NCBI RefSeq assembly: GCF_006345805.1
Contig: NC_043002.1
Span: forward strand, 25,606,001-25,670,000
Direction: 5' to 3'
DNA length: 64,000 bases
DNA from: Octopus sinensis
Lineage: Eukaryota
Part shown: one piece after another, positions 28,975 to 42,602 of the stretch
Position numbering within the stretch: the first letter of the stretch is position 1
Layout: every line of letters starts with the position of its first letter
Made by a program: the position numbers and the translations under genes
The notes under the pieces: generated by a model
Seen by the model: only the letters and a program-made list of their open reading frames with translations
Databases searched by the model: none
What the model was told of the DNA's origin: nothing

Positions 28975-29548
28975 ACTCTAGACACAAGGCCCTAAATTTT
29001 TGGGGAGGGGCCAGTCGATTAGATCGATCCCTGTACTCTACTGGTACTTAATCTCTCGACCCCGAAATAATGAAAGGCAAAGTCGACCTCGGCGGAATTT
29101 GATTTCAGAACATAGAGACAGACGAAATACCTATTTCTTTACTACCCACAAGGAGCTAAACACAGAGAGGACAAACAAGGACAGACAAACGGATTAAGTC
29201 GATTATATCGACCCCAGTGCTTAACTGGTACTTAATTTATCGACCCCGAAAGGATGAAAGGCAAAGTCGACCTCAGCGGAATTTGAACTCAGAACGTAAC
29301 GGCAGACGAAATATCTATTTCTTTACTACACACAAGGGGCTAAACACAGAGGGGACAAACAAGGACAGACAAACGGATTAAGTCGATTATATCGACCCCA
29401 GTGCATAACTGGTACTTATTTAATCGACCCCGAAAGGATGAAAGGCAAAGTCGACCTCGGCGGAATTTGAACTCAGAACGTAACGGCAGACGAAATACTG
29501 CTAATCATTTCGCCCGGCGTACTAACGTTTCTGCCAGCTCGCCGCCTT
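28975..29548 (-). mobile_element. SINE family B trimer (184-nt period)
   Basis: Three tandem cores; the junction motif CTATTTCTTTACTAC lies at 29131 and 29315. Confidence 0.9.
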
Positions 29549-29844
29549 AAACCGGTAATAAACTCTGTCCTATTGATGAAGTTGACTGAATGGAAACTTC
29601 AACCAATGAAAATAAATGAAGTCTTCTAAATGAAAGAAAATCCTGTATATTCAGTCAAATAATTCATATAACTATGTAGTTGTTTTTACTATATTTACAT
29701 TCACAAACCACAAGATGCCAACTAAAGCGACTTTACTTTTAATACTATTCCTTATCAGAAATCGTTTAAAAAGAAAAATCAAATATTTATTTGGATTTAT
29801 AATTATGTTTACATTGTAAATACAAATGAAAATAAGTGAAAACA

Positions 29845-30040
29845 TCCTTTCTGCTATAGGCGTAAGACCTGGAATTTTATGGGGCGTGGGCTAGTCGATT
29901 CAGTCGATCTCAGTACTCGCCTAAGACTTATGTTATCGATCCCCCGAAAGGATGTAAAGCGAAGTCGAGCTCGCCGGAGCCAGAAGAAATGCCGCTAAGC
30001 ATTTCGTCCGAGGCGCTAACGATTCTGCCAGTTCGCCCTC
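29845..30040 (-). mobile_element. SINE family B, degenerate
   Basis: CCCGAAAGGATG..AAG.GAAGTCGA...GAAATGCCGCTAAGCATTTCGTCC. Confidence 0.7.
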
Positions 30041-30265
30041 TGCAGTTTATCATAATGTTTAAATTTTCTTTCTGAAGTTGATATTTAAATGAAACAAAAC
30101 CTTAAGAAAATTGAATACCGCGGCGTCTAAAACCTCTACTGCTTCTCTGTCCCCAGTAGTAATATAAAAATTTCCACCGACTATATCAGGTATTCACTTA
30201 AAATTGAATGGTGCTACGGTAAGTATTACGGGTGTGCATAATAAAATGGTGGTGGTAGTAGTGGA

Positions 30266-30500
30266 AGGCGGCGAGTTGGCAGAAACGTTAGCACGCCGGA
30301 TGAAATGCTTAGCGGTATTTCGTCTGTCGTTACGTTGTGAGTTCAAATTCCGCCGAGGTTGGCTTTGCCTTTCATGCTTTCGGGGTTGATAAATTAAGTA
30401 CCAGTTCCGCACTGGGGTCGATGTAATCGACTTAATACCTATGTCTGTCCTTGTTTGTCCCCTCTATGTTTAGCCCCTTGTGGGTAATAAAGAAATAGGT
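30266..30500 (+). mobile_element. SINE family B monomer
   Basis: GGCGGCGAGTTGGCAGAAACGTTAGCACGCCGG...GAGTTCAAATTCCGCCGAGG...AGCCCCTTGTGGGTAATAAAGAAATAGG. Confidence 0.9.
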
Positions 30501-31659
30501 AGTAGTGGTTGGTGCAGCGCATTGAATAGATGCAATGGGATGTTTAAAAAAATGTTAGTAAGAGAAAGAAAGCGATAATTAAAAATGTTTGAGAAGCACT
30601 GCAGCAGACGCCAACATTGGTTCGTTTTCAATTTAGTTTGAAGCAGGACGGTATTGGCGGCGATCGAATTGGATAAGGGATTCAACGTGACATTGTAAAG
30701 TACCTCTATGATGATTTGGAACGTCTGAAGTATTGAACTCAAAAGTAAGGGCCATCGAAACAGACCTCACTTCTACAACAGCCCCACAACATACATAGGT
30801 CAGCCATTACAGCCGTTGGTATCTACTTATAGCTATGGGAGACCAACGAAGACACCTTTATGTGATTGCTCGATCAGCCAAATCTCCCTCAGGCCACACC
30901 CTATCATCTCAAAAAATTGAAGGATGCGGTGGATAAAATACTTCTGAAAGGACAGGATGGTCGCGACTGGAATATCTTTGATTATAGATCATCTGCTCGA
31001 TACGGCTTGTCCCGGGGATTAGCGATAACAACATCAAATTAGGTAGAAATTAGGTAACAATTGAGTGATAAATGTTTGGGAGATGGACACAGTGTAGCAT
31101 TGATGATAGAAACATGAATCAGCGACTCTTTGGCAGCCTTTTCGGTATTCTGCTGATTCTAGATCTCTTAAACAGGAAAGTTAATCTTTAAGAAATATGC
31201 TTCACTGACGAGGTTTAGTAAGACCGGAGTATAATCGGCGTTGTCACTACATTGCCAATGATCAGAGTCGCTCTTCATTACAGTCTATAATTAATTCATT
31301 TTAATCAGCTTAAATTCTGGATTTATCATCCCTGCCTTCGCTAATTAGAATTAACCACCAAATATTTGATATTTATTTTTTCCTCTCCTCATTATGGATC
31401 TTACTAAGATTATTTAAAATGTCTCGACTTAATGCATTAAGCATGTAAACGCCTACCTTTTTGTTAATTTTTATGTAGCAGAAGTCCTTACAAATTTTAC
31501 TTCAATCATTTCAGTATGTCGTCAGTTGATAGGATGAGAATTGAAAATAGAATCTAACTCGTTACTTTACAATGTAAAACTTTTAGTTTGATTTGTCTCT
31601 CTCTGTCTTTATTTCTTTCTGTCTCTTGTCCAAATGTCATTTATAAGAACCTAATGTAA

Positions 31660-31749
<90 letters not shown>

Positions 31750-32442
31750 TTATCTGTCTGTCTGTCTGTCTGATTCGCTTTTAACCTCTGAACTCGAAGT
31801 AGATAAAGCTATAAATAATAGCGTATAAATATTGGGATATAGAAGGATAAGCACTGTCCGTGGGACACAAACCCACATCTTCTATAAACATTTTATAGTC
31901 TTATCTACTTCAAGTTCAATCGTTAAAACGAATTATTTCACGTTCTTTCGAAGTTTCTAATTTCTTATGACTTGTATGCATGTATGTATGTATGTACTAA
32001 TACAAATGCTTATATAAAACTAACTCCGCAAGCTATCATTTGGATCAATATCAAATTATAATAAAACTTTGTAAATTTAAACTTAAATGTATTTTAACGA
32101 ATGTGTTGTTTTCATTATTCACTCTAAGAATTATCATTATTTTTTTTTTTCCTTCACTGCAATCAACTCCGTTCTCATTTCCTGTCTTTGCATATTAAAC
32201 TTAGATTCACTTCTAAGTCATTTCTATCCGTTAGCCTAACTTCCACTTTCGTGACAATATTGTTTTAACAATTATAACTTTTAAGAAGTAAGGAAATAAC
32301 AAACCAACTTACTTTTTACGTCTCACTATTTTATAATTTGCGGTTTTTACTGTGTTGAAACCGCTATTAAATGTTTTAAAGAATTTTTTATTTCATTTTT
32401 CGATATTTTCTTATGAATATTTAAGAGATAGGCACTCTTACG

Positions 32443-32625
32443 TAGGCGTAGGAGTGGGTGTATGGTAAGTAGCTTGCTCACCAACCACATGGTTCCGGGT
32501 TCAGTCCCACTGCGTGGCACCTTGGGCATGTGCCTTCTACTATAGCCTAGGGCCGACCAAAGCCTTGTGAGTGGATTTGGTAAACGGAAACTGAAAGAAG
32601 CCCATCGTATATATGTATGTATATA

Positions 32626-32674
<49 letters not shown>

Positions 32675-32900
32675 ATGTATGCGTGTGTATGTTTGTGTGA
32701 CTGTGTTTGTCCGCCCAACATCGCTTGACAACCGATGTTGGTGTGTTTACGTCCTCGTAACTTAGCGGGTCGGCGAAAGAGACCGATAAAATAAGTACTA
32801 GGCTTACAAAGAATAAGTCCTGGGGTTGATTTGCTCGACTAAAAGGCGGTGCTCCAGCATAGCCACAGTCAAATGACTGAAACAAGTAAAAGAGTAGAGT
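32443..32900 (+). mobile_element. SINE family A, full length
   Basis: Head GGTAAGTAGCTTGCTCACCAACCACATGGTTCCGGGTTCAGTCCCACTGC plus body and tail. Confidence 0.9.
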
Positions 32901-33176
32901 TATTTTACTTAACTTGTTTCTCATTCATATTTCAGTATTTTGCATTTCGATCTTATTTTTTCAAGTCAAAAAGGAGACATTGAATAATTATGTCCTTAAT
33001 ACATACATAATTACATACATACGTACATACATATAGATACACACAGACTCACTCATATGCGTGCGCGCACAGACAGACACACACACCCATCTACCTTGGG
33101 CTGTCAACTCCTCTATGGATTTGTGAGGGCGTCGTGGTTGCATACGGCGAATTGGTTATTTTTGACCACAACTAAT

Positions 33177-33345
33177 TTCTTCTTCTTCTTCTTCTTCTTC
33201 TTCTTCTTCTTCTTCTTCTTCTTCTTCTTCTTCTTCTTCTTCTTCTTCTTCTTCTTCTTCTTCTTCTTCTTCTTCGACGTTGATAACCTCTTGAACACTC
33301 CGCCCTGGATCTAGAGGGACATCTGGGATATGCCACCTCAAGAAG
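33177..33345 (-). mobile_element. Short LINE-like 3' end with a (GAA)n tail
   Basis: About 70 nt of unique sequence ends directly in ~33 GAA units on the minus strand; an RTE-type tail is inferred. Confidence 0.35.
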
Positions 33346-33392
33346 AGAGAGAGGGGGAGACAAAGAGAGAGAGAGAGGAGCGAGAGAGATAG

Positions 33393-33445
<53 letters not shown>

Positions 33446-34022
33446 ACGGTACCAACACCAGGCTGGTACTGAATGTGATGGAACAACGTGATAGGAAATA
33501 CCTTGATCAGGGACACTGCGCACCACCCATTGTGAGTATCAAAACCTTGATATAACGATCTCTAAGCCCAATCATTTAACCTTTAGAGCAACAAATCACT
33601 AGTAAAGCTTTAAAAAACAGAAAAAGTTCATAAACTCATCTATAAATACACGTGAGCACTCTCACATGATTGGAAACGAAACCGTTAGAAAGAAAAACCT
33701 GAGCATGCGTTGAGTTGCTGCAGTTTGGGGATGCAGAAGTCGGTATGTACGATGCCATGGAAAGTGTTTCTAAGAGAATAGCGACCAAAATATAAGTAAT
33801 GTATGAAATATTTTACTGAAGTATTGGTGTAATTTTTTTAAGCCTGTAAATTTTTGCTACCACTGTCTGCTCGCTCATGTGTGTACGCGCGCGTTAATTT
33901 TATTAATCTTATAAGGGTATTTTTCAAATAGTTATGGGGCAAACCTTGTTTGTGTATGTGTACAGGGTTCGGCATAAAGTCATAAGCTTATGTATATAAG
34001 TATGTATATATATATATATATA

Positions 34023-34065
<43 letters not shown>

Positions 34066-34082
34066 TATATATATATATATAT

Positions 34083-34333
34083 AAATGCGCCCTTTTTAAA
34101 GCCTAGCCAGGCTTATGGGCCCGGTTTCCCGTTTTCAATGGCGTATGTGTTCCCCAGCTAGACAGGACGCAAGTCCATCGCAGCGTTACTCATTTTTGCC
34201 AGCTGAGTGGACTGGAGCAACGTGAATTGAAGTGTTTTGCTCAAGAACACAACTCGTTGCCCGGTCAGGAATCGAAACCACAATCTTACGACCATGATGC
34301 TGACACCCTAACCACTAAGCCACGCGCCTCCAC
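34083..34333 (-). mobile_element. SINE family C (tRNA head plus CORE-like CTTGAGCAAAACACTT...CTCCAGTCCACTCAGCTG)
   Basis: Minus strand GTGGAGGCGCGTGGCTTAGTGG (A box), GGTTTCGATTCC (B box). Confidence 0.85.
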
Positions 34334-34339
34334 CATATA

Positions 34340-34347
34340 TATATATA

Positions 34348-34387
<40 letters not shown>

Positions 34388-34547
34388 ATATATGTATTAT
34401 ATATGTATATATATATGTATATTATATATATATGTATAATATATGTATATATATATGTATATATATATATATATGTATATATATATGTATATATATATAT
34501 ATATGTATATATGTTATATTATATATGTATATATATATATGTATATA

Positions 34548-34580
<33 letters not shown>

Positions 34581-34588
34581 TATGTAGT

Positions 34589-34635
<47 letters not shown>

Positions 34636-34791
34636 GTATGTATATATATACATATGTATATATATATATATGTATATATTATATATGTATATATATATGT
34701 GTTATATATATGTACATATATATATGTATATATATATAGATGTATATATATATATATGTATATAATATAATGTATATATATATATATATTG

Positions 34792-34826
<35 letters not shown>

Positions 34827-34829
34827 TAG

Positions 34830-34861
<32 letters not shown>

Positions 34862-35512
34862 GTATATATATATAGTATATATATATATGTAGATATATAT
34901 ATTATATATATATGTATAATGTATATGTATATGTATATATATATATATATGTATATAGTATATGTATATATATATATATAGATGTATATGTTATATATAT
35001 GTATATGTATATATATATATGTATATGTATATAGATATATGTATATGTATATATATATGTATATGATATATATATATGTATATATATATATGTATATGTA
35101 TATAATATGTATATATATGTATATATGTATATGTATATGTATATATATATATATGTATATGTATATATATGTTATGTATATGTATATAGATATATATATG
35201 TATATGTATATGTATATATATTATATGTATATGTATATATATTATGTATATATATGTATAGTATATATATATATGTATATATATATATGTATATGGTATA
35301 TGTATATATATGTATATGTATATATATATGTTATGTATATATATATATATATGTATATATATAGTATATGTATATATATATGTATATATATATGTATATA
35401 TATATGTAATGTATATATATATATGTATATATATGTATATATATATGTATATGTATATATATATATATGTATATGTATATATATATGTATATGTATATTA
35501 TATATATGTATA

Positions 35513-35592
<80 letters not shown>
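34340..35592. repeat. About 1.25-kb degenerate (TA)n/(TATG)n tract
   Basis: Directly visible; almost only T and A with scattered G. Confidence 0.97.
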
Positions 35593-35594
<2 letters not shown>

Positions 35595-35637
35595 CTTCCT
35601 TATACATACACACACTCACAGAAAGAGAAATAAGTAA

Positions 35638-35697
<60 letters not shown>

Positions 35698-36662
35698 AAG
35701 AATCGATCCTCAGTATTCTTTATTTTCGAACAACAAAGGATTAATAGTAAAGTGGACTTTGGTAGGGATTGAACTCAGAGCTAGAACGAGTATCATAAAG
35801 GACTCTGCAAACACGCCAACACGCAGCTCAATGGAACATTCTAGAAATGGTTAGGTGAGAGTAGATGTTAGGCGAGTAGAGACGTTAGACGTGAAGTAGA
35901 AGTGATAGTGTAAGGCAGTGTGTAGGTGGACCAGTATACGCAGCACTTTAGTGAAATTGTGTATGTTTGTGAAGCGCTTTTGTGAAAATATGTTTGTAGA
36001 AGCGTAATAAGAGACGTTTCCTAGACGTGTAAACAGTATTTTAAAGTAAGTCTAACTTGTTCATTATAGAAGAATATGAACTTTTAAGTAAAGAAATATT
36101 TTCTAACCCCAACGAAGAAGTTCAAACTCTGTATTGCACTTTTGTCCTTCTGTCTAACGATATGTTTAAATTAGGCGAGTTATCACGTGTGAATTATCTC
36201 TGGTGGTATTTAGTCGTAGACATATGATCAAAGACATTCTGTCCGTGCCGTGCCTGTCTCATCTTATTTTCAGATACAGTGTATTCATGACTATTCCCTT
36301 TTTAAAAGACGGTAGGATGTAATTTGAGAGAGATTTGGTTGCTATTTCTTGCAAATCTAGCAATGCTAAACAGGAGTTGACTGACCTGTTCCTTCGTTGC
36401 AAGCGTGTGTGGGGGTTAGTTGTGTACAAGGGGATTAGATGGCTTTCATTCTCCCCATTTTGTTGCTCTTACTTCATATCCACATCGTGATATCTTGAAC
36501 TTTCTAAACACTTTTCATACTACTATTATTAGATGAAAATAGGAATATTGTAAATCCAGTCGAATTTTTAATTCATAAGGATTGTGAATCAAACAATAAA
36601 TACAATTCTTTTAAATATTTTGCAAACACTTTAATTATTATTGTTATTATAATCAATTGTAG

Positions 36663-36668
36663 TTTATT
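36663..36668 (-). promoter_or_regulatory. Candidate polyadenylation signal (AATAAA) of the chitin-binding gene
   Basis: AATAAA on the minus strand ~320 nt after the stop codon; positional inference only. Confidence 0.35.
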
Positions 36669-36985
36669 TTCAAAGTTGCATAAATGTAAATGAGACAGAA
36701 TCAGCGTAATATAGAAGAAAGGTATAAATATACCTTTAGAATACTAATCCATTGAGCTTGTCTTCCTAGAAACAGCTCAGCTATCATTTTCACAAAAAAA
36801 TACATTTGATATTTTTTGTCCTATTCTTCCTCCTCTTATTGTCATCGTCTTCGTTGTTGTTGTTGTCGTCATTGTTGGTGTTGTTATTATTGCTATTATT
36901 GTTATTAGTGTTGCTTTCTTTAATACTTGTACGGTCCTGCTAAAAACTGATTGTTTAAAGGATATTTAAGTCATATTGTAAAGAC

Positions 36986-37182
36986 TTAACGCCGCATGCG
37001 TCCACCACAGCTTGTCTTGGCCGACCATTCGCAGGACTTACTGTGTGTAGAGAAGGCAGTGCCAGCTGGACATCGGTGTCTTGGTCCTAAACGTCCATAG
37101 TGGCAGTAATAGAAATGGTAACAACTGGATGGATCAGGAACAACGTCGTCTTTCACATCTTGACACATCGGGTCTTCGTCAG
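36986..37182 (-). CDS. Exon 3 (terminal coding exon) of the chitin-binding protein: domain 3
   Basis: Acceptor ttcttttctaatttaaAG|; in frame with exon 2: (P)DEDPMCQDVKDDVVPDPSSCYHFYYCHYGRLGPRHRCPAGTAFSTHSKSCEWSAKTSCGGRMRR*; Cys spacing 13-5-10-12-7; TAA at 36988-36986. Spliced CDS 681 nt = 226 aa plus stop. Confidence 0.92.
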
Positions 37183-38642
37183 CTTTAAATTAGAAAAGAA
37201 ATTGCAATCAATCAAAATTATTTTAATAGAATTAACAATAAGCTAACAGATTTAATGATCACTGTCAAGTCGTAGACAGCTCTTAAGGATCTTAAAGTAT
37301 TCTGTATCTCCAGAATTTTAGATTTTAAAAAAGTCCCTGAGATGGGTTTCCATAACCATCTCAAGGAGGATTTGAATTCAACATAATAAGTTATATAAAT
37401 GCTTGGTGACTTTGTACTGTGAACCCGTTGATTATAGCTCTCTGCTTATAATTAGACAGGCTGAATTAGAGAATGTCAAGTACTTGGTCAGTGACCCAGA
37501 AAATTACACATGTTGGCCATGAATACAGAGCAGCCTTCGTAGCAGGATGCGGAATATCTTCACATCTTCAGTCAAGATGGATGTTGATTCTCTGTCTACT
37601 CCAGCTAGCTGTGAGTTTGTCGAAAAACCACACATTTTGAATGACCTCCGAGTGTCACAGAATATCAAACTCTGAAATGAAGATCTATCTTAAGTTAATC
37701 CCAATTCTAACGCCTCCTAACACTAACCTAAACTCATGCAACTGTAATAAATTCAATCATAGCCTTCTTGGGGACTAAAGACTGCAGCAACTAAAGGTCA
37801 CCGCCTTTATAATTCAGATAGAAAAGATATAGTTCTATGATTATCTCTAACGTAATACTTCTTAATTAATTAGTGGATTAATTATCTAACAAGAAATATT
37901 CTTTTATAGAAAGGACATGTAAAATGTACTTAAAGTTTAGGAAAAGACGATTTTATTTTATCCGGTGAGACTCATAGACCAATGAGGGAGCCTCTACGTG
38001 GTCGCTTGATTTACTAGAAATAGCAGCTAAATTTCCATAAAAAGATCACATTCCGCCGTCTAAAAATAGACTGGATGACCAAGCTTGTACAAATTTGAAC
38101 ACAATTTTGCTAAGCCAGAAATGTCCCGAGACTAAACAACTACTTGTATTTTTCATATGTCGTAGATCCTCTGAGTATCTGCACCTGGAATGGTACTCTC
38201 CAAGGAGCAGGTGTAAGCAAGGTATTTTGCGAAGACCAACAGTTTCCCATGCATGTCTCCACCTCTCCACGTCACTGATGTTGTTTAAAGGAGAGGTAAG
38301 GTGACACAACTTCGGGCCAGTATCGTCGCAGGCGTTAGAATCAGAAGGCGGAGAACTGTATCAAACACTGCCCTTCAGTGTTTGATATGCTCTCTGCCGC
38401 TCTGAATTCAAATGCCATCGAGGCGAACTTTTCCTTTCATCCCTCTGGGGTCAATAAAATAAAGTACCAGTCTTGTACTGGGGTCAATGATATCGATTAA
38501 CAACCTCCCTAAATTTCTTGGCCTTGTTCCTAAATCATCAAACACGACAATTTCAATCCTTATAGTGTCCCACCTCGTATGAGAAACACTGCATGCGACA
38601 CCAAAATTATTCCACTAGTTCACTGCTCTGGGTTAGTACGTT

Positions 38643-38699
38643 TTGTGGCTGTGTGGTAAGAAGCTTGCTTTCCAACCACATGGCTCCGGGTTCAGTCCA

Positions 38700-38733
<34 letters not shown>

Positions 38734-38920
38734 GTGTGTGATTGTCTTCCACCACCGGTGTTAGTGTGTTTACATCCCCATAACTTAGTGATTCGGTAAA
38801 AAATTGCCGATAAAATATACCAGGCTTAAACAAGTACTGAGGTTGGTTCGATCTACGAAAAGTTCTTGAAGGCAGTGCCCCAACATGACCGCAGTCTAAT
38901 GACTGAAACAAATAAAAGAT
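38643..38920 (+). mobile_element. SINE family A, degenerate and internally deleted
   Basis: The head joins directly to the (TG)n linker and a diverged 3' body. Confidence 0.75.
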
Positions 38921-39916
38921 AAATTTTGAAAGGCAGAGCTGATCTCAGCGGGATTTGAACTAAGGAAATCAGAACAAATATTGTAAGTTATTAACTGAAA
39001 CTGTAACGACTCTCTTAATTAGCTACCTGGGCCTAAGCAACAGTCTCAAAATTTTATTAAATTAATTAATTAATAAAATGTATGTAATGTGTTGTTAATA
39101 TGATTATAGTTTGTCGGATTATCATTAATTTCACCTTCTAGGATAAAGCGTTCCTGTTAACTTCCCCATCTATAAAGGTGATTAATCGGTAGAATCAGTA
39201 GGGTAACGCCAAAAATATATTTTGGGTGGAGGAGGGGGTTAACAGAAATCGATAGAACAGCGGGAGAAAAGGCTTTCAGTTTTGAGTTCAAATCCCGCCG
39301 AGTTTGAGATTTACATTTCGCCCTCTCGCGGGGTCGATAAAATAAGTACTTGTTGTTGCAGTTGGTGCCTAATCCCAAGTCATCTCTGAATGAATAAATC
39401 TCTGATCAAAGGCCTTCCTTCCCCGTTATTTTAGATGTAGTATACGTATCTAGGACTATATCATCTAATGTATCCTTCCTAATTTTTAAAGGCGGGTAGG
39501 GTGTAATTGAGAGAAATTTAGTTAAATTTTGGCATAAGGCCAGCAAGTTTTGAGGAGGGGATAAGTCAATTACATTGACACAAGTGCTCAACTGGTACTT
39601 ATTTTATCGGCCCCGAAACGATAAAAGGCAAATTAGAAAGAAATTTGACTGCAATCTTTAGCGAGTCAAGCGACTGAGTACTGGGGTCGATCAACTCCTT
39701 CACTCCGATTTGTAGACATGGGCTTTAGCCAAAAATCTATATTTGCACTATGCTTCGATGGATTTGATCTCTGATCGAAACATAAATGCTAAAACATATT
39801 TTATCCCTGAAGATAAGGTGCTGCATAGAACGGAAGTACAATAATTGTAAGAAATCTACGCGGGAACAACTTAGCTCCAATAACTTTTCTTCATTAATAT
39901 TTGTTTGTTTTTAAAT

Positions 39917-40575
39917 GCGGCGATCTGGCAGAAACGTTAGCACGCAGGGCGAAATGCTTAGAGGTACTTCGTCTGCCGCTACGTTCTGAGTTCAAATTCC
40001 GCCGAGGTCGACTTTGCCTTTCATCTTTTCGGGGTCGATAAATAAAGTACCAGTTACGCACTGGTGTCGATGTAATCGACTTAATCCCTTTGTCTGTCCT
40101 TGTTTGTTCCCTCTATGTTTAGCCCCTTGTGGGCAATAAAGAAATAAGAAACGTTAGCACGCAGGAGAAATGCTTAGAGGTACTTCGTCTGTCTTTACTT
40201 TCTGAGTTCAAATTCCGCCGAGGTCGACTTTACCTTTCATCCTTTCTGGGTCGATAAATTAAGTGCCAGTTGTGTACTGGGGTCGATCTAATCGACTGCC
40301 CCACCCAAAAAAAAACATTTCGGGCTTTGTGCCTAGAGTAGAAAAGAATATTTGTCTTTAAGGCGATGAGTTGGAAAACCGTTAGCACGCCGGAGAAAAT
40401 GCTGAACAGCATTCCGTCCGTCTGTAAGTTCTGAGTTCAAATTTCGCTGAGATTGACTTTGCCTTTCACCCTTTCAGGCTCGATAAAATAAGTACCAGTT
40501 GAGCACTGGGGTCAGTGTAATCGATTTACCCCTGCCCCGGAGTTGCTGGTTTTGTGCCAAAATTTGAAATCAATA
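39917..40575 (+). mobile_element. SINE family B dimer plus an adjacent monomer (intron 2)
   Basis: Two cores joined at AAAGAAATAAGAAACGTTAGCACGC (~40140), and a third copy from ~40362. Confidence 0.85.
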
Positions 40576-40604
40576 TTTGCTTATCTTTTAAATTTTGACC
40601 CATG

Positions 40605-40945
40605 GCATAAGCACAGCCGCGTGGTTATGAAGCTCGCCTTGTATTCACGTGGTTTCGATACCCAGGGTAAGTGTTTCTTACGAGACTTGCCCTAGGTGTT
40701 TTGTACTATAGTTGCGGGTGGTCAACGCTTTGTGAGTGGATTTGAAAGACAGGAACTGTGCGGCAGCTCGTTGTATGCACGCACACACATGCGTGCGCGC
40801 ACATACGCATATGGGGATATGTGTATGTCTTGTGTTTGCGTTTGTTACCCCAATGCTCGACAATTGATACTGGTTGATTTGTTTGTTTGTCTCGAAACCC
40901 TTCAAGGCAGAGCTCCAGTTTGACATATGACCGAAAGAAGTCAAA
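40605..40945 (+). mobile_element. SINE family A, old diverged copy
   Basis: Diverged head and TTGTGAGTGGATTTG...GAAC(T)G motif, diverged tail. Confidence 0.65.
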
Positions 40946-41382
40946 TGAATGAATCAATATGTGAATAAATAAATAAATAATAAAAGAATAATTAAATTAT
41001 CTTGGCAGCTCTTTTCCTTTTGGGAAGACGAAGCACCCAAACCCAAATGAATAGGGTAATGTGCGAAACAACCAACCAATGAATTAACTACGGATCAGCG
41101 TGTTAAATAGAGACAACGCCTTTTCGATTTTACCTGCTGGTACCATGAGAAAAGTTTCTGTTCTGTAAGAGGCAAGATTCTCCGTTAACCATTTACTCGA
41201 TTTGAAGAGAAATCGTGACAGTTATGTTGTGTTAAAACGTCAGTGAAGTTATTGAGAAGAAACCCTCCTAAATCACCTGGATTTAGAAGTCGTTTAAATA
41301 AGTATCTGTAAAATACTCGGTTATTTCAATGTAGTTGAAGTTATTAAACAGAGATCAAAATGAAGTGGAACTGAAGACTTAC

Positions 41383-41589
41383 GGATAAGAATGGTGTCTG
41401 GGATCCTTCTATTACCGCAATCATGGGCAACAGCGTGGGCAAATTGACAACTGTCATTCTTTGGGTAGTATAGAGTACCGTCTCCACAGCGCTGAAATGC
41501 CATCAAAGTGCCATTGGTGCAGGAAATAAATCTGGAGCAGTCATCGGGGTCAACGTTGTTACCATGTTTCTTTACACAGCGTGGGTCGT
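41383..41589 (-). CDS. Exon 2 of the chitin-binding protein: domain 2
   Basis: Acceptor ttgttcttcAG| and donor |GTAAGT; 207 nt, phase 1-1. Reads (D)DPRCVKKHGNNVDPDDCSRFISCTNGTLMAFQRCGDGTLYYPKNDSCQFAHAVAHDCGNRRIPDTILI; 6 Cys spaced 12-5-10-12-9. Confidence 0.92.
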
Positions 41590-41721
41590 CTGAAGAACAA
41601 ATTTAGGATACGATTTTTGTAGATTTACGAAAAATTGACTACGAGTGGTGTCATTGAAATCAGTTCAGTTCTCCCTCTCTCTCTTTCTATTCTATCTCTC
41701 TCGCTCTCGCTCTTCCTGCAT

Positions 41722-42125
41722 CTATACTCTTTTACTCTTTTACTTGTTTCAGTCATTTGACTGCGGCCATGCTGGAGCACCGCCTTTAACTCAACCCCGG
41801 GACTTATTCTTTTTGTAAGCCCAGTACTTATTCTATCGGTCTCTTTTGCCGAACCGCTAAGTAACGGGGACATAAACACACCAGCATCGGCTGTCAAGCA
41901 ATGCTAGGGGGACAAACACAGACACACAGACATAGACACGCATACATATATATACATATATACGACGGGCTTCTTTCAGTTTCCGTCTACCAAATCCACT
42001 CACAAGGCTTTGGTCGGCCCGAGGCTATAGTAGAAGACACTTGCCCAAGGTGCCACGCAGTGGGACTGAACCCGGAACCATGTGGTTGGTAAACAAGCTA
42101 CTTACCACACAGCCATGCCTGCACC
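41722..42125 (-). mobile_element. SINE family A, full length (intron 1, close to exon 2)
   Basis: Near-consensus copy. Confidence 0.9.
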
Positions 42126-42262
42126 TACCTGTATTTTTTCTATCAACGAGTGTGGTTAAGTAAAATTTAAAGCCCATTATAAGCAAATTTTACACACACA
42201 CATATACACATACGCACACACACATACACACACACATACACACACACACACACACACACAAA

Positions 42263-42532
42263 CATGGCTGTGTTGTAAGAAGCTTGCATCCCTACTACAT
42301 GCTTCCCGGTTGAGTCTCGCTGCGTGGCACCTTGACCTAAGTAGATTTGGTAGACGAAAACCGAAAGAAGCATGTCGTATATACATACATACATACATAC
42401 AAATCGACCCTAGGACTTATTCTTTACAAGCCTAGTACTTATTCTATCGTTCTCTTTTGTCGAACCGCTAAGTTGCGGGGACGTAGACACACCAGCATCG
42501 GTTGTCAAACGATGTTGGGGGACTACACAGAC

Positions 42533-42602
<70 letters not shown>

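Noticed and set aside
28975-29548. CRISPR-like repeat array
   Set aside because: Eukaryotic SINE multimer with long units and no unique spacers; no cas genes.
31205-31240. CUGACGA followed by a GGUUU/AGACC stem
   Set aside because: Followed by GGAG rather than GAAA, and no stem I or stem III could be built.
34982-35854. 290-aa YI/MY-rich ORF and the many similar poly-YI, HT, CV, LSIY ORFs
   Set aside because: Translations of (TA)n, (CA)n, (TATG)n and (TATC)n repeats.
37440-37680. Additional exon in intron 2
   Set aside because: No CBM14-like Cys pattern in any minus-strand frame; looks more like a decayed RTE fragment on the plus strand, too weak to call.
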